Source: Balanoglossus misakiensis (taxonomy: Eukaryota; Animalia; Hemichordata). Taken from it: 64,000 bases of DNA. Where the stretch lies: assembly GCA_040954595.2 (NCBI GenBank), contig CM082578.2:18246728-18310727 (forward strand), in the 5' to 3' direction. Positions 11,509-26,470 of the stretch are shown here, one piece after another (within the stretch, counting starts at the first letter, position 1; every line of letters begins with the position of its first letter). The notes beneath the pieces were generated by a model. The model worked only from the letters and a program-made list of their open reading frames with translations, was not told where the DNA came from and made no database searches. The position numbers were made by a program, and so were the translations under genes.

Positions 11509-14500
11509 CTGAGCTTGTCTGCCATTCTCATTAGATATTTCAGTTTGGGGAGCGTCACTGTATTTCAACCAAAATGTGCTTATTTGTTGACAACTACAGA
11601 TACAGATTGCTTATTGTCTAAATTTTTAGTAGTGGAGTGTTGATTTCATTCCCCGCATTCGCAGACAATACACTCAGAGTGTTGGGCGTGTGTCCCTGCA
11701 ATAAGTTTGTCCCAGCTTCAACTGGAGTTGTCAATCTCTCTTGCATTCAAATTAAGTTGCAGTCCAGTCAAATAAATTTGCTGTCAAATTACTTTGAAGC
11801 CAGATCACAGCTTTCATATGTCATGTCCCTAGAGAAGAAGAGAAAATAAATAAATTTTGAAAATTGCAATCACACTTTGTAAATGGGGGAGTGGTATGCA
11901 ATCAATATAGCAGCTTTTTTTCAGGGATTTTGATGTGTTTTTGCGGATAAATATGAAGTTTCCTTGGCATTTTCCGCTTTCTCATTTGAACGCAAGACTG
12001 GGATAGAAACTCTATCACGCTCTGAATGATTTAAATAAAGAATGATTAGGCTTTAATTAAGATACAAATCACCCTGAGGATAAATTACTGTTGAAATTAT
12101 CTGTCATTGAGCTTCGTGGAGTGATTTCCAGCAAGACATTAATTACATTGTGTAATGGTGTGATCCCCTGGTGGTTGGTACTGATTGATAGTCTTCAGTG
12201 TGTTTGTGACAGACTCTCTGTCATAATCCACATTTTAGACTTCTCTGTATTTTTTTTTTGTCAAGGGTCCTGTCACAATCCTCTTCTATTTTTTCTTTCT
12301 TCCTTACAGGGTGTAATACAATATGATATTCCGAAACTACATCCCAACATGCCAACAGTGCTATACCAAGTCACATGACACCAGTTCAACCAATAGGAAT
12401 ACATCTACTAGAAAACTTATTTGGTGTTTCTGTGTATCACTTTTATCCTGGAATGGTGCATGGTGGGATCAACATGGAAGAATGGGAGAAAAGTGCTGAC
12501 AGAAGAGGTCAAAGGTCAACCAGCATGACCTATAACCTCTCTAAAGGAAAGAAGAACAAGCTTATCTCTTGTTTACAGAATTTGGAAGAAATTTTATGAA
12601 ATGTCCCAGGAAGCAAATTTCAAGAAGACTACTTGTACAAATACTCTAAGAACAATTAAATGCTATGGTTCTTTTTTTTTCATATGCCTTTTTCGATGAG
12701 ATGAGTAAAATTTCACTAGCTTATTTAAAAAAAGGAACCATGAATTTACCAAAATTGTGTAGAAGGGTTGATGATAATCAAGTCTTTGGTGCACAGCCCT
12801 GATGCAGTCAGACAAATTTCCATCAAACATTTACTTGTAACTAGTCCAGTCCTTTCCAGTAGGAGAGGAGAGTAATGATGGCTTCCTGTCATCTTACAGA
12901 ATACATGTACCGTGTGCATTATGTTATTTGTATTTTTTTTTTACTTTTCACTTAAACAGTGTTGTCCGTTGTTGCACAGTTTTCTATACTTTTGAGAGAC
13001 CAAAATAAAACCTTGGATTGCCAGTTCCTGAATAGTTGACAGATAACATGACAGATAATGTGACAAAGATTTCCATAATGAATTTCTCTTATTTTCAGTT
13101 GTGCCATTGTGGGATTATTGTGAACAGGTGATGAGTTTATTAAGTGATGCTTTGCCCTTTGATTTCTAAAGAGATCGGACAATAGACGGAACAGATGTCG
13201 GTTATATATATAAAATTCATCTTCGCACAAATTTTACAGTAATACAGTTTCTGTTGTTTGTCAGAATGGTTGCGGAGCACTTTGACCAGAACAGCTGGTG
13301 TTGAACTGAAATGTCAGCTGAGTTGAATGACATGAGCCAGTGGGTGTTGGAATTGTCATGATATGGCTGTGTCATATATTTACATGTGTGAATGCATGTG
13401 TGGAGTGTGATCTGAATTAGTCTTGTTAAGTTGCCTCTGATTGGTCAATTCCTTTGTCAACTCACTGTTCAACCAGGTGCACGAGTTTGTAATCCACGAG
13501 AATAGATGCACTGAGGTGCCCCACAGTGACCCTTGTTGTGTGACAACTCTGCAAGTTTATACTAAGAAAAAAAAGGAATGTGGTTGATCCGTTGAATTGC
13601 TGATGAAACTTTCATGTCATACCACTGGAACTTACAAGTCATTTTTAGACACGGCCTTATATCTACTTCACTTGTGGCTTTCTCCTACGTGTTTATAGAA
13701 ACCGTTCAAGTACAAATGTATGCGACGCTGAAAGGTTTGACATTTTCCAGTCAGGTGCAGTAGATGAATTATAGATGATGAATAAACCTCGAGTGCGCCA
13801 ATAATATCTTTGCCTGGCTGTGACATGGACTCGTGTGTTATGTATGCAGCTAGAAAGTTTTGATAATTATGTAAATTGATTGAAGCTTGCTTTTATGTGA
13901 CCACTATATGGACCAGTCTGCAGATGAATGTTTGTGTTGGTTTTCTCTTCAGAAACAAACCACAGCTGACTTATTTATCAGTATGAAAAAGAAACCATTT
14001 CATATATTCTGATCAGTGTCCGGATTGTGAATGACAAGTGTAAACAGGTGTGTTTATACTAGAATTGGTTTGATGAGGAAAGATTACAGTTCACGTTGAT
14101 TGTAATTCATCAGTGTGCGCTGTTTAGCCAGAACAATTTAAATTTGAATTAAAGCTGCAGCTGAATGCTGTTGAAGCTGACATCTGGAATTGGTTTTTAT
14201 ACAGAGTCTCACAGCCAGCAATGGACCACATATGATTCCAACTTTTCTTTCATTACCATGTGAACATTAATTGCAACAATATGGTGTCAGGCCATTCATA
14301 ATCCACCACCCCCATATATAAACACGTCTGAACAAAGCCAAACAGTGCTTTGACATTTTCGGTATTTACCAATTTTATACACTTGCATAACTAACACAGA
14401 AACCGCATGGACAAAATTATGTTTTGTTGGAAAATATTAATGTGTCACCAATTATGGCATTTAATTTATCATGTTTTTGTGAAACCCAGCCTTTTCTGTG

Positions 14501-15505
14501 TATGTGGTAATGTTTGTACTGAAATACATGTTGCAGCATACATTTTGGAAAATCGTGTCTATTGAAAGTCTTTTATAATCATTAGAAACAAAACTTAATT
14601 CAAGACGTCATGAACATCTTGGTATTTGCACGGAGTGTACATAATTACATAATTTTTGAAATGATGTGTACTTGGCTTGTGCAAAGCTTTATGCTATCAA
14701 CAATAAAAAAGATATCCCAAGGAATGAAGTTGGTGTATTTGATATTTACAACATTTGTTCTTGAAATACCAGTTCACAAATTACATGTATTATGAAAATG
14801 ATATGTATCACTGAACTTCTCATCCAAATTTGTATTCCTATAAATGTATTTTTGATGATAGCTCTTTGGATAATTGAAACTTGATCTGTGCATTGGTGTA
14901 TCTCAAATGTTTAAGTCCAATCAATTAATGTTAAATTTATTTGTAGACGTTCCTTCCCAAGACTAAAGTGCTGCTTCCATGATTTTGAGAAATGTGTTCA
15001 ACTATAAAATACAAAAGTGAGAATATAGTGGCATATGTTGCTGGATTCAAACTCTAAACATGCCATACAATGGCCCACCTGCATTTAAATATTGTACACA
15101 CAACACTGGTAATATTGTCAAGTTGTGGTTTATACCTACCAACACACAGTTGGGGTTGGTGAAAATTGTTTAGCGCCACTGGTGGCCAAATCAGACTTCT
15201 TTTGTTTTGATTAAAGTTGTCTTGTCAGTACATGTAATAGTATACACGTGTACACATATTTACTGACCGTGAACAGAACGTTTTATTACTATGAACAAAT
15301 CATTGTCTGCAATAACCTATAGATATTGCCTTAAATAACGACATTTCAAGTAGCAACTTTAGTGCTGTGTGTTCTCGCTGTTAATCAATCTCCAGACAAG
15401 GAGTTATTGTATATTCCTTGACAAAGACGATTATGTGTTGTAGTGTACCTAACAATTATTTCAAGAATGAAGACGGACACTATTTAAACAGGAAGACAAT
15501 TCATC

Positions 15506-15511
15506 TTTATT
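15506..15511 (-). terminator. Candidate polyadenylation signal for the RASSF gene (AATAAA on minus strand)
   Basis: tttatt at 15506-15511 (another at 15282-15287), about 2.3 kb past the RASSF stop, near where plus-strand composition switches from T/G-rich to A/C-rich. Confidence 0.4.
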
Positions 15512-17852
15512 TTTTAATGATATATGGAAATTAAAACTCCATAAAGTAAAAAAAAAGGATAACTATGTGAAATTGTTTTGACATGATTTTCTGAAACATG
15601 CTGTACTAACATCACACATACAGTATATATACTGGTAGATGGTAGAACATAATATCTGTGGCAATTAGTGTTGATCTCTACTAGATGAGTGAATGAATCT
15701 TGAAATGACTAACAGGAATAAAGCAGGCATGTTGAGAGGATCCAAAGCTGAGAGTAATGATAGTGTAGAGGTTGAAGAAAAGACACAAACACCAGAATGC
15801 ATGTGAACTCTACAGGCAATAAAGCCATGAGGACATTGCACTATTTCCCTGAGTTCAGAGAAAACTTGACATGATAAAATGGCACAGTACAAAAGTTTAC
15901 AAAGCAAAAATGCACAAGCTATTTTCTAGCATTTTTTACAGACACTGAAGCATATTAAATGTACATCAGTAGTTCAGGAAACTTTATCGTGATAAGTGGT
16001 GTGGCGTGTTCAGGAGGGAAAGAATGCTGGCAAGCATGGAGGGCACTAGAGAGAATGGTTGGCAAGCCTGTGTGGAGAGAGGAAGGTTGGCAGATGGGTG
16101 GGCAGGGCCATCAAAGTTTGGAAGAGAACCAGAGCAATGACTATGGTTTTAGCAATTTATATGTTACAGAGGAATGAAAAAAGAAAAGGCAAATTGACAT
16201 GAAAACTGTGGTAATGTACAACACTTTCTTTCAGCACTTTCTTATTAAATAATGAAAAGACGATAGATCTGACACTGATTGCCAAATCCTTCTGTGAAAT
16301 CCATCCACTGGGATGTGCCAAATTTAGTACTTCAGAATATGTTCAGCAAGCAGTTATCTGTTTGTTTCTAAAAATAAAGGGGAAATAACATAAAAGAGTA
16401 TACCGGGAACATTTTAAAGCCTCCAAAGATGAACCCGCTGAAATGCATGTAATACTGATTTGAATGTGGCTTACGGCTTGTAACTGAGACAGAAAGTTAC
16501 AGTGAGGGCCATAGCACACACTAAATTATTGGAAAGACCAAAATACAAGTACATTATGTGCAAAAGTAATATCTTGTCACACACATGTATGAAGACTTTT
16601 ACATAGCCATATGGCCACTTCATTGATAACACTTTTAATGTTTGATTGATTTCATCTTGAATCAAGTCCCAAACTTGAAATGTCTACAAAAATATTTAAA
16701 TAATGTTGTGTCTTCCATTCACAACAGCTGGGCATCCCACAATGCTGTTCACCAACATTTCTTTGATGCATGAATGAATTACTGCTTATTAACTTCCTGT
16801 GATTGGCTCATGACCCGACTTCTGATCCTCGTATGCAAATGAGAATGCAGAAATTTCTCAAAGTAGTAAGTAAACTTTGAAATGACCAAAACGAATATAT
16901 ACTAAAATTAATATACGTTCCTCTCCTTCTGTCATGGAGATTTTAACAAATCTTGAATAATATACTCATGTTTGAAGCATTTATGATTTTTTTCATATAA
17001 TATATAATGTTTATGGCAAAAATAGATAACTGTACTATGTTTTCTCTGAATGGCATAATTCAAAATGCAGAAAAAAAATCAAATTTTGCACCAATATGAC
17101 CAGTATTAGAGATGTATGATATGCAAACAAAGCTCAATATTTTAACATGTGACTCAATATAAAATATGTTTATAAAAAACCTGAGGTGACTTTTGTTGTG
17201 TTTCTCAACTTGTTCTCATGCTACTTTTGACCTGAAAGGAAACTGTAACACTACTTTACGAGTGGCGGGTAGAATTAACAGTTGTATGGGTATGCAAATA
17301 TTGGTAATAAATTAATTGTCATGATTTGATTTGTTAATAAAATGCACATTCATATTATAATATAGATGTATACCGCTCACTACCCAACATAGTTCTAAAC
17401 AAAAGAAATCGTCAAAGATTTTTGGGGGCACCCTTTCAAAATGTACGACTGCATAGTCTGGGGTACAATCAACTAGCCCAATACGTTTTATCTTGTAGGA
17501 TTCAAGAAGCAGAATCTTACATAATCTTTTCAGATTTGCGAATAAGCTTGTTACCAAGTAACTCCCCCCTGAGTGCAAGCTGTCAGCTATGTTCTATCAG
17601 AATCAAGATTTAATCTGTATCGTGATATCAGATGTCAGTGATTGTTTTGAAACTTGATAATATTCATTTGCACTTGACTTTCAGACACTTTTGCATCAAC
17701 ACATAGTTGATGTCTAATCTCAGAGAAACATGTGGTATGATCTCTGTCCAATGTTTCCTCCATTTGAGTCAAGGTTTGGAATCTTGACCATATGTGTGAC
17801 CTTTCACCTCCATGGATGATGTGCAACAGTAACCAGTGACTAGGATGTCCTG

Positions 17853-20800
17853 TTATCGTTCCTTAGCAACCATGGCCTCCTTGATCTTCTCCTGATAGAG
17901 GGCGTACTTCTTCCTGACCTGTTGCAAGTGCTCATCCTCTTCTTTGTCGAGAATCTTCAAGAAGTTATTCAGCTCTGGAAGTGAGAACGCCTCCCACTGA
18001 AAAACAAGAACAGAATTGTTATTGATGCTAATTTACAAAAAATATTTATATTTAACCATAGCGGCTGAACATCTGGCAAGGTCAACTATTTTCAAAAAAT
18101 CTTTCTATTCTCCATCAAATGTGACAATTGGATGTCTCCAGACTTAATGACAAACAGACAGACAGACAATAGAATCCAATCTTCAAGACCCCATTTCAGT
18201 TTTCAGATTCAATTCAGCATAGGACTAAGCATAATCCTGTAACCATCAAACATATGGTACCAGAATGTGGTAAAATAAATGTCTGATGACCGGATGTACA
18301 ATACCAAGTCCATTTTATTGGAACGCATAAACATTTTTCCATAGAATCAGAAGAATTAACACTAGCTTTTCAGCAATATCAACATATTTTACCTCTAGCT
18401 AAATACACCTTGACCTTCTACTGGTGATTAATGGATTAATTTGGCATTCAAATATCATCCAGATTTTTATCCATCACAGTGGTGCACCCATGCCGGGTAC
18501 CCGTGATATTCCATCTGGCACGATTCCAAGATTTACAGACTCCCTACTTGCCCAGTGTGCTGTGCTATCTCAGCACTGACAATAACTCCTTGACATTACA
18601 AAACCTCTGAGCGCCACCACAGACATATGGCGACACATCCCTATCTGAACTGCTAAGTGAATTCAAGAACACTGCAGTCATTTGAGTGGAGACCCTGAGT
18701 TCACCCGAAGGCTCATGGTGTTTTGTGTGCTGTACTTGGCCATATAATGAATCAAGGACAAGTAGCCTAATGTCTGTATACATGTAATTGTCGGTACACA
18801 TGTATGAGGAACAATAAATTTAAAATATGCATGGGTGTGTACTGTGTAGTCAGAGGACAGCCCATGCATGTAGTATCACTCACTTAATTCAATAAGTAAA
18901 ATTATAATAGATATGAGGTGTGAGCCAAGTGCCTGTACAGAAGTAGAAAGAGATACTGATTGTACAAACTTACCAGGATGTTGCCTGTTTCATTTTCTTG
19001 CAACACAAATGTCTTGGTTGAGTTATTGGAACCCCAGAGTAAATGTAGAAAAAGTGGTCTTTCGTAGTCAGACAGCCTTCGAAGGACAGCTACAGATGAA
19101 TTGAACAATGATGTCCATTTATTTAACTTTAATAATATACCTTTCAAATTTAAAAGCTCTAATGCCACACATAGTTCTTTTGACTTTTTCATCTCACCAT
19201 CAACCAACCATAAAGATGTGCAGTACATGGAAATAACTCTCACGGAGCAAATGTCCAGTTACACATATTTGTTTTCAAGAATGACAGCCATCATCACAAC
19301 CATAGTACAGGGTAATTATGCAGAACTAAACACAGAATGTAAATACACTCTTTGATAAAAAAGTTGAATACTTTGCTGATAAAATGAACATCAGTGACTA
19401 AAAATTCTTCTAATATCTGATGGTGTTTATCTTCAAAAGGTGTGCCCCTACACCATGACATAACAAAGTACGTGTGTCCTTGTTTTAATGCATGTGCCTT
19501 GGTTTGTGATATCACAAATGACTTTGTCAGAATGGACTTCACATACAATCAGGATCACTTCATGTGGACAACACACAAACTTTAAAAGCTTACTACGTTT
19601 GAATTTCATGACCATAATAAGCTCAGACCTATAAAAGTGCCTGGAAAGATGAAAAGTTCACTCAAAATACTTATTGCTATGTTGACTAAACCCGCATATG
19701 TTTTTAAATAATGTCGTACCTGCACAAACACATGGCAGCCATCTGTCTGACTGACAGAATGGTCAATATTGTTACATTTTTTTTCATTCAAATGATCTGG
19801 AACTACTAATATTGGGACTAATCTGTTATAAATGTTATTTCTTTCTGGAAAAGCCTCTTTGACTACAGTCTGTACATGTATGTATTGTGCACACATGGAA
19901 GTAAATTGGACACAGATTTTACTCAACACAACTGTTTTCAGCTTCTTGTTGAAATGCTTGCATGTGGATTTCTGGTTCATGAATAACAATTACTACTTCA
20001 ATTAACTTAATATCTAATATCAAACAGTCCTACCTTTATCCTTATTGGCATCATCCTTCTCGAAAAGGGCAAACTTCCTGGGATTATCCGTCACTCGGAA
20101 TTTATTGAGCAGAGCAACGATGACTTCGTGTGAAGTGGTATCACTGGATATATGTAGTGCCTGTATATTGATGGGGGAAAAGATTAGGTATAAGAAATGA
20201 TCAGAAGCACAATGTGAGTGTATTCTGTATGAGAATGAATGAGTGAATATAGTCTGTGAAGAATGCGCATTTTATGATTTTCACACAAAATTTAAAATTT
20301 GTCTTTCCAAACTATGAGTGCAACAAAAAAAGTAATGGTCCACTTGATACATTCTTAGCAATGTTGAATGTTTACAACTGCATTTTTTGTAAAGTCTGGA
20401 AATCACACAGTCAGACAGAAGTGTGTGCAATGCTGGGGTTCATGCACTCACTTCAGGGAGTGTAAACTTACACCAGTGTTAGGAATTCTCTATAATAAAT
20501 ATAGCTTGGCAAACTGCATGACTCTGATGTGGGGAAATTTCAAATTCCTTTAAAGGTGAACGACTGATGTGGAATTATTCCTTGTCCTGACTCTTAACAG
20601 GTGGAAGATGCCAATTATTCATTAATTGGATTCTCAAGAACTTGACGATTTCACAGTACACATCCGTTTTGTGACTGGCTGACTGGACAGTTGACTTCTT
20701 TTCGCCTAGAACAGTTCCATCAATACATAAGTCATCAGTATCTCTTGCAAAGACACCATCACCATATTGCTGGCCAAACCAAAACCAAACTCAATTTTCA

Positions 20801-21046
20801 TTAATTGAGTCCAGTCAAGTCTGTATGTGAGCTATTTTGAATTTTTCAATTCGAAAGCATGTAAGTTAGCTTACTTTGACAGTGCCTTTAGGTAGGAAGA
20901 AAGACGTCTTGGATTTCTCAGCTTCACTCCTTTCAATCACACCAAACACAGACGCTGGTCTGGCCCCGGCCATGACATTGATGGGTCTGCTCAAGTTCAT
21001 GTGCACACGAATGAAACCTCGGAACAATTCACCATTCACGTCCTAC

Positions 21047-21097
<51 letters not shown>

Positions 21098-24000
21098 GTT
21101 AAGATGGATGAAAATACTGCCAAGAGTCACATGGAAAGATGCTGATTTCCATCCAGAAAATGTCTACAGTACACTGTGTTTCATGGGTTGATGAAAGAAT
21201 CACCAAATGAGGGTGAAACTGGCAAAGTGATGCTGATAGTATCCAGCTGTATTAACAGCCGATACTGGCAATAGAAAACAATATTTTATCAATAATTGTG
21301 TCATGTTGCAAGAATTTCTATGAATTGGTCAGAAAGAACAACAAAGACTTTCCAAATGTGAAGTATTCGTTTCGGTCCAGCAAGCAAAAGTCTGGATATA
21401 TATCCATCCGGCACAGCAAGCAAGGTGCTGCAATATTGCACCAGGCGTGCATTCATTAAAAGGTCAAAACAATACATTTTTAACACAAGATGATAACTTC
21501 CTCTGTGTGATCTCAACACCCTAACTTGTGACTCTATGAATATCTACGATGATATATTAAATTCTTGATGCGTTATGTTCGAGGAAACCCAATACCATGT
21601 TCTCTGTAATCCAACCTTTTTAATAGTCTAGACATCATGCAATGACTATGCCGACCGTGTCTCAGAATTATGACAAATAGTCAAAGGTCGTCTGTGATGG
21701 GATGTTATGTTCTGCCATAAAATATTATCAAATATTAGCCAATTATACCCCTAAAGTAAACACAATAAAACATTAATTCTGATAAAAGACACTATATTCA
21801 ACACCCAGTACACAGGTTCATCGATACCATAAGTAATTATCTTTATTTTATACCATCTGACATTTTCTATGTAAGTGCATGCACACACAGTAAAATATAA
21901 TTACAGCCACATTAAATTGACAGAATTAGTAGTAATGGATTATTTGGCTGAAATCTGAGAATGCTAGCATTACAATAAGTCTGTTTCACACTTCTGCCAT
22001 ATTGCTGGTACAAAAATTTACAGTGAAAATTCATATAATTTATCTATAAATGTTGGAAATAGGTTCAATTCAGTAATGACCTGTTGCAGTTGAATTATGG
22101 AAGGGAAAATTCCACCTATTTATCAGTTTTAATTGACAACATTCAACAAATCACAAATACTCTTGATCAGCATCAATTACACTGAGTGTAGCAAGCTATT
22201 TTTAATCCAGGAATGAAATTGTATCGGGGCATGCGTTGCAAAAGAGCATGTTGAGAGTCACTCCAGTAACAGCCAAGCTGGGATTACAGGTTATTCACAC
22301 TTTGAAAGCAGAAATGTCCACAGATTGAATTATCACAAGCAAAATGATGATAAAATTGAATGTAAGCTTACATCGCAATTACGAGAAAGAAATCAGTAAT
22401 GGCATATGGTTACAACTGACAAGCATTAGTCATGCAAGAAGCAAAGATTGGTAAGAAAATGATTAAGCCTACGACACACTTGAATCTGTGTATTTGCGTA
22501 ATATACACGAGGAGTAGCATGTTTCCAAGACAGACATAAGATTCCACCATATTGTTGTATTCCACACCTATGCTAGAAATATCTGCCTTCAATGGGTGAA
22601 AATGAATTCACACCTGGTCAATAAAAGGACAGGCAGGTGAGATTTACTTACCAAGGTCAGAATCAAACCATTAGATTCTGCATTAAATTTCTCAACCCTT
22701 CGTCTTAACTCTTCGCTGGATACTTGTAAATTACCTGGTTTTAAATTTTCATCTGTGTTCTAAAAGGATGACAACATACAAACAACGATTACTCGCAACA
22801 ATTTATAGCAAGCGACCGGCTTGAAAGTTGGTCAAATGTTCTTTCAAAATGACAGATGGTTGTTTACTGTAAACCCTTTCTAGTCCAGAAAAAACTACAA
22901 TGGCAAAATCTCCGTAGTCATCAATTCATATGAAATCCGTTCATACCTTTGCAAGAAGTGTATTTTCAGGTGAGGGCTTGTCATCTGTAGTCTTGGACGT
23001 TTCCACAGCCTTGCAATCTAGAGTAACATATTGTACACATTTACGATGACATGTGTACTTGCAATCTGGTGAGAAAAAAGAAGGAAATAACTCAAAACTA
23101 TTGCACAACTTGTTTCAGAGAAAAAGTTTAGACCAGAGCAGGAGGACTTTTCTTAAAACTATGCAAAGAATGCTCTGTCATGGTTGATAGTGCATGTATT
23201 ATTTTCACAGAACAGAGAAATCATTTGTGTTCTCATAATTACCTGACACAGCCAACTTACAACAGTGAACACAAACATATTTGGTTAAAACGTACTATTA
23301 GTTCAAAATAGATTTCGACAGAAGTATTTTGAAGGCTTCTTTACTATTACAAATTATTTGACAGAAACTCACACAACACACACACACAAAACATGACGTG
23401 GAAGACATACATTTTAATGCCCCACATTGGTTTGACTGCACAATTACTATTAATGCGACACATTCATGCGTTGTCAAAAGTTGTACATCAAACTTTCACA
23501 ACTGGAGCCCAGCCAGACAAACAGCGTCATTGTACCACAAAACATGGGTGGGGTCCCTGATTTACAGGTAAAGCTGTCAATTCGAGCACAGCAACCAAAT
23601 CATTCTCAACTTTGATAACCCCAATATATAACATTCTATTGCCTACTCGAGATCGGAAGTTCCTGAAACTGCAGGATAAAATAAAAGGAATTTGAATTGA
23701 TGATGTTGAAAATAATTGCAAGATGGTGTGCCTTTATACATCAACCTTTTTAAAAAATGAAATTAAAAAAATAAAAAGCTGCGTCTCCGCCCAGTTTAAA
23801 AAACAACAACAATGCAATGACCATGGCTACAATTATAGCTTTGTTTATTATTTTTTTGGCCTTAATCCATAAATGTGTAGCATGATGGTCTATATAGAAA
23901 CATGTTCATGTCAAGGTCCCCCTTTATGGATTCAAATTACAGCAAGTATTTTAATGATGGAAATTTGGCACATATAGTAATTGATGGCCCTATGGGATCT

Positions 24001-25944
24001 GAACTATTCTTCAACGTTCCACAGCTATATCCAGTTTCCTGGAAAGTAAATTTTGCTTTACACCAAAGGCTGATCTAATGTTTGGCTGAAAAAATGAATG
24101 CAAGATCAAGCTTTGACCCTGAATACAGGATTTTGTTCTGTTACAATGTATTGTTTCCAATATATTTGTCTGGAAACAATAAAATCTACATAGCACTGTC
24201 AACTAGCCAGTAATGCTAACTATGCCATTCCATTGCTCTCTGACTTTTGTCAGTTTTGGCAGCTACTTTCAGCAATCCTTCATGAATTCAACCTACTTGT
24301 TTAAAACTTCTACCATCCCTGAATAATAAACTTCAATTTTTACACACCAGTAATATTCTCATAATTTTCGGAGAAAAACAGTGAACCAGTATACTTTATG
24401 AAGATCATCCCTTTCTGTGATAAACCTTCACCTACATTTAAGAAATCAATAATTCAGTGTTTAACTACAATCAGCCGTTTGTATCTAAACTGCCCACTGG
24501 CTTTTTTTGTTCAAGATCATGTATATGCTCAGAACTTGAACTGATAACGGATGCTGATTACAGGAACTGGTGTACCTGCTATTGGCTCTTAAAGTATTTT
24601 ATCATGATTGCTTCAAGTTAGCCCTATCAAAGCAGTACGCACAGTAAACAAGGCATGTTGGTAGAGAATGCTGATTTATCTCAATTGAGCACATGTCAAG
24701 CATTCCAATGTGTGACCTAGCTTTTGACGCAAAACAACTGCGAATGGCCGGAGGGTGGGGTTATTGCATATCCTCATACCCAGGTGGGAGTGCAACCTCC
24801 CCTGTCTGTTTTTGTTATTGAAAAAATTAAAAAGGATGACAATATTTGCCCTACACTGCACAGACGATACCAAATACCCCCCCCCCTCCCCAAAGGCCTA
24901 CTACATTGCCTGCCAGAAACAAAAAAAGTACGCCTATAATTTAAATTGCAGAACTCACAATTATTACTTTGTAAGGCCATGTTTACCTTGAACAAGTCTC
25001 AGCAGAAAAACATCAAAATTATTGTCACTGATGAATGCATTTCTGTCTTTTGATACATAATTGTTACTGTACAAAAGAATTCCGAAATCACTCATGATAA
25101 AGGCCTCTTTTTTCCCCTGTCGCAATAATATTGAATACTGTTTATTTAGAGAGATTTATGAATTTCAGCTTGGGGCGAGCAGACCACTTGTAGACTTTTC
25201 TACTGAAATCCAATTAATCATGATCTCAACTTCTCTTAAATGTCAAGTCGCACCTGTTTGAAACGAAGTTTAACACAGCAGAGTGAAGAGCTTGAAACCC
25301 ATCTGACAAAAGTTTGTCTGCATCTAAATTGTACTTCAATTGTCAAATTACAGATAGTTGTGGACGCAGTCTGGGCATATACACTGCCCCTGTCTGCATA
25401 CATACACATATTCTCTTACAGTACAGGTCAGTGATCAAACACAATGTCTCACCTTCAAACCGACTTGAGTTGTTGTGTTTTGCATTTATGCCAGCAGAGA
25501 CAAACTTGTTCCACTAACTGCGCAATACTAAAAGTTAAGTGCATAATTCCTACCATGATGCATGATGGATACATGTCCTGAATGTCTGAAATGATGTGAC
25601 AATGCAAGGCAGGTGAAAGTCTAATTTCACAGGTACATGTAACATCATTGATGCACCTGGGTGACACCTGTGTGATCTGGCTTCACTACCAAAGTCTTTA
25701 TGACTATACCTATCCATTTTTTCAGTGTTTATGAGATAGATATAATCACAAAATATATACTTTACATGTAAATTACAACTAGTGGGCAAATACATCAAAA
25801 CTATCAGAAATTGAGAATGTTATGTAATTAAACATAACAGTAAATCGTTGCATAACACCAGCCCAGGCAAATTTAATTACAAACTCACTTGTGTATGGTT
25901 CGTTTTCACGTAAAAAAAACTTTGTTTTGTACTTTTAGTTTTAG

Positions 25945-26042
<98 letters not shown>

Positions 26043-26470
26043 CGGGTGGGTGGGTCGGAACCTCTTCATAAACTCTGGTACGGTATTATGAGCCGCAGTC
26101 ACCCACCATACTTACTTTTGCATCGTATGCTCTGTTTGTAAAGTCCCCAGATAAAATCTCCGCATTTATCGCACCATGTTGGGTTTATGTTTGATAGCGG
26201 CTGAAAATAATGGCCCAGTCCTTTCCCAGTTTCTGTTGCAGACGAATCGCCGGCTGCTGCGTCTTTATTTCTGGAAGACGACGAGATCAAAGACGGTGTA
26301 TATCCAGTGGCAGTCGTGGGTGTGGGAGCGTTGCCGTTGATCTCGTATAGCCTGTATTTCTTCTTTGGTTTGCCTTTACCGAACAGACTGAATCCGCCGA
26401 AAAGTCCCTGCTTCTCAGGCGTACGATCGCTTACTTTCTTCCTCGCTTCTTCTGCTGTTTTCTCCGCCAT
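17853..26470 (-). CDS. RASSF1: Ras association domain-containing protein, RASSF1/3/5 class (C1 + RA + SARAH), 378 aa, 7 coding exons
   Basis: Manually spliced exons, all GT-AG and phase-consistent: 26470-26116, 23065-22947, 22759-22652, 21042-20875, 20160-20034, 19089-18974, 17996-17853 (1137 nt). C1 zinc finger HYFQP...WCDKCGDFIWGLYKQSIRCKNCKYTCHRKCVQYVTLDC; RA domain FRGFIRVHMNL...TSFFLPKGTVKALHISSDTTSHEVIVALLNKFRVTDNPRKFALFE; SARAH WEAFSLPELNNFLKILDKEEDEHLQQVRKKY. Symbol is approximate: likely pro-ortholog of vertebrate RASSF1/3/5. Confidence 0.93.
21050..21096 (+). repeat. (GA)n microsatellite
   Basis: Direct repeat abutting the RASSF exon 4 acceptor; reads (TC)n on the sense strand. Confidence 0.95.
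25946..26041 (+). repeat. (TG)n microsatellite, ~48 units
   Basis: Pure tg run in RASSF intron 1, ~75 bp from the donor. Confidence 0.97.

Noticed and set aside
11293-11643. Poly-Ser ORF
   Set aside because: Translation of the (CAT)n microsatellite.
25889-26071. (CV)n ORF
   Set aside because: Translation of the (TG)n microsatellite.
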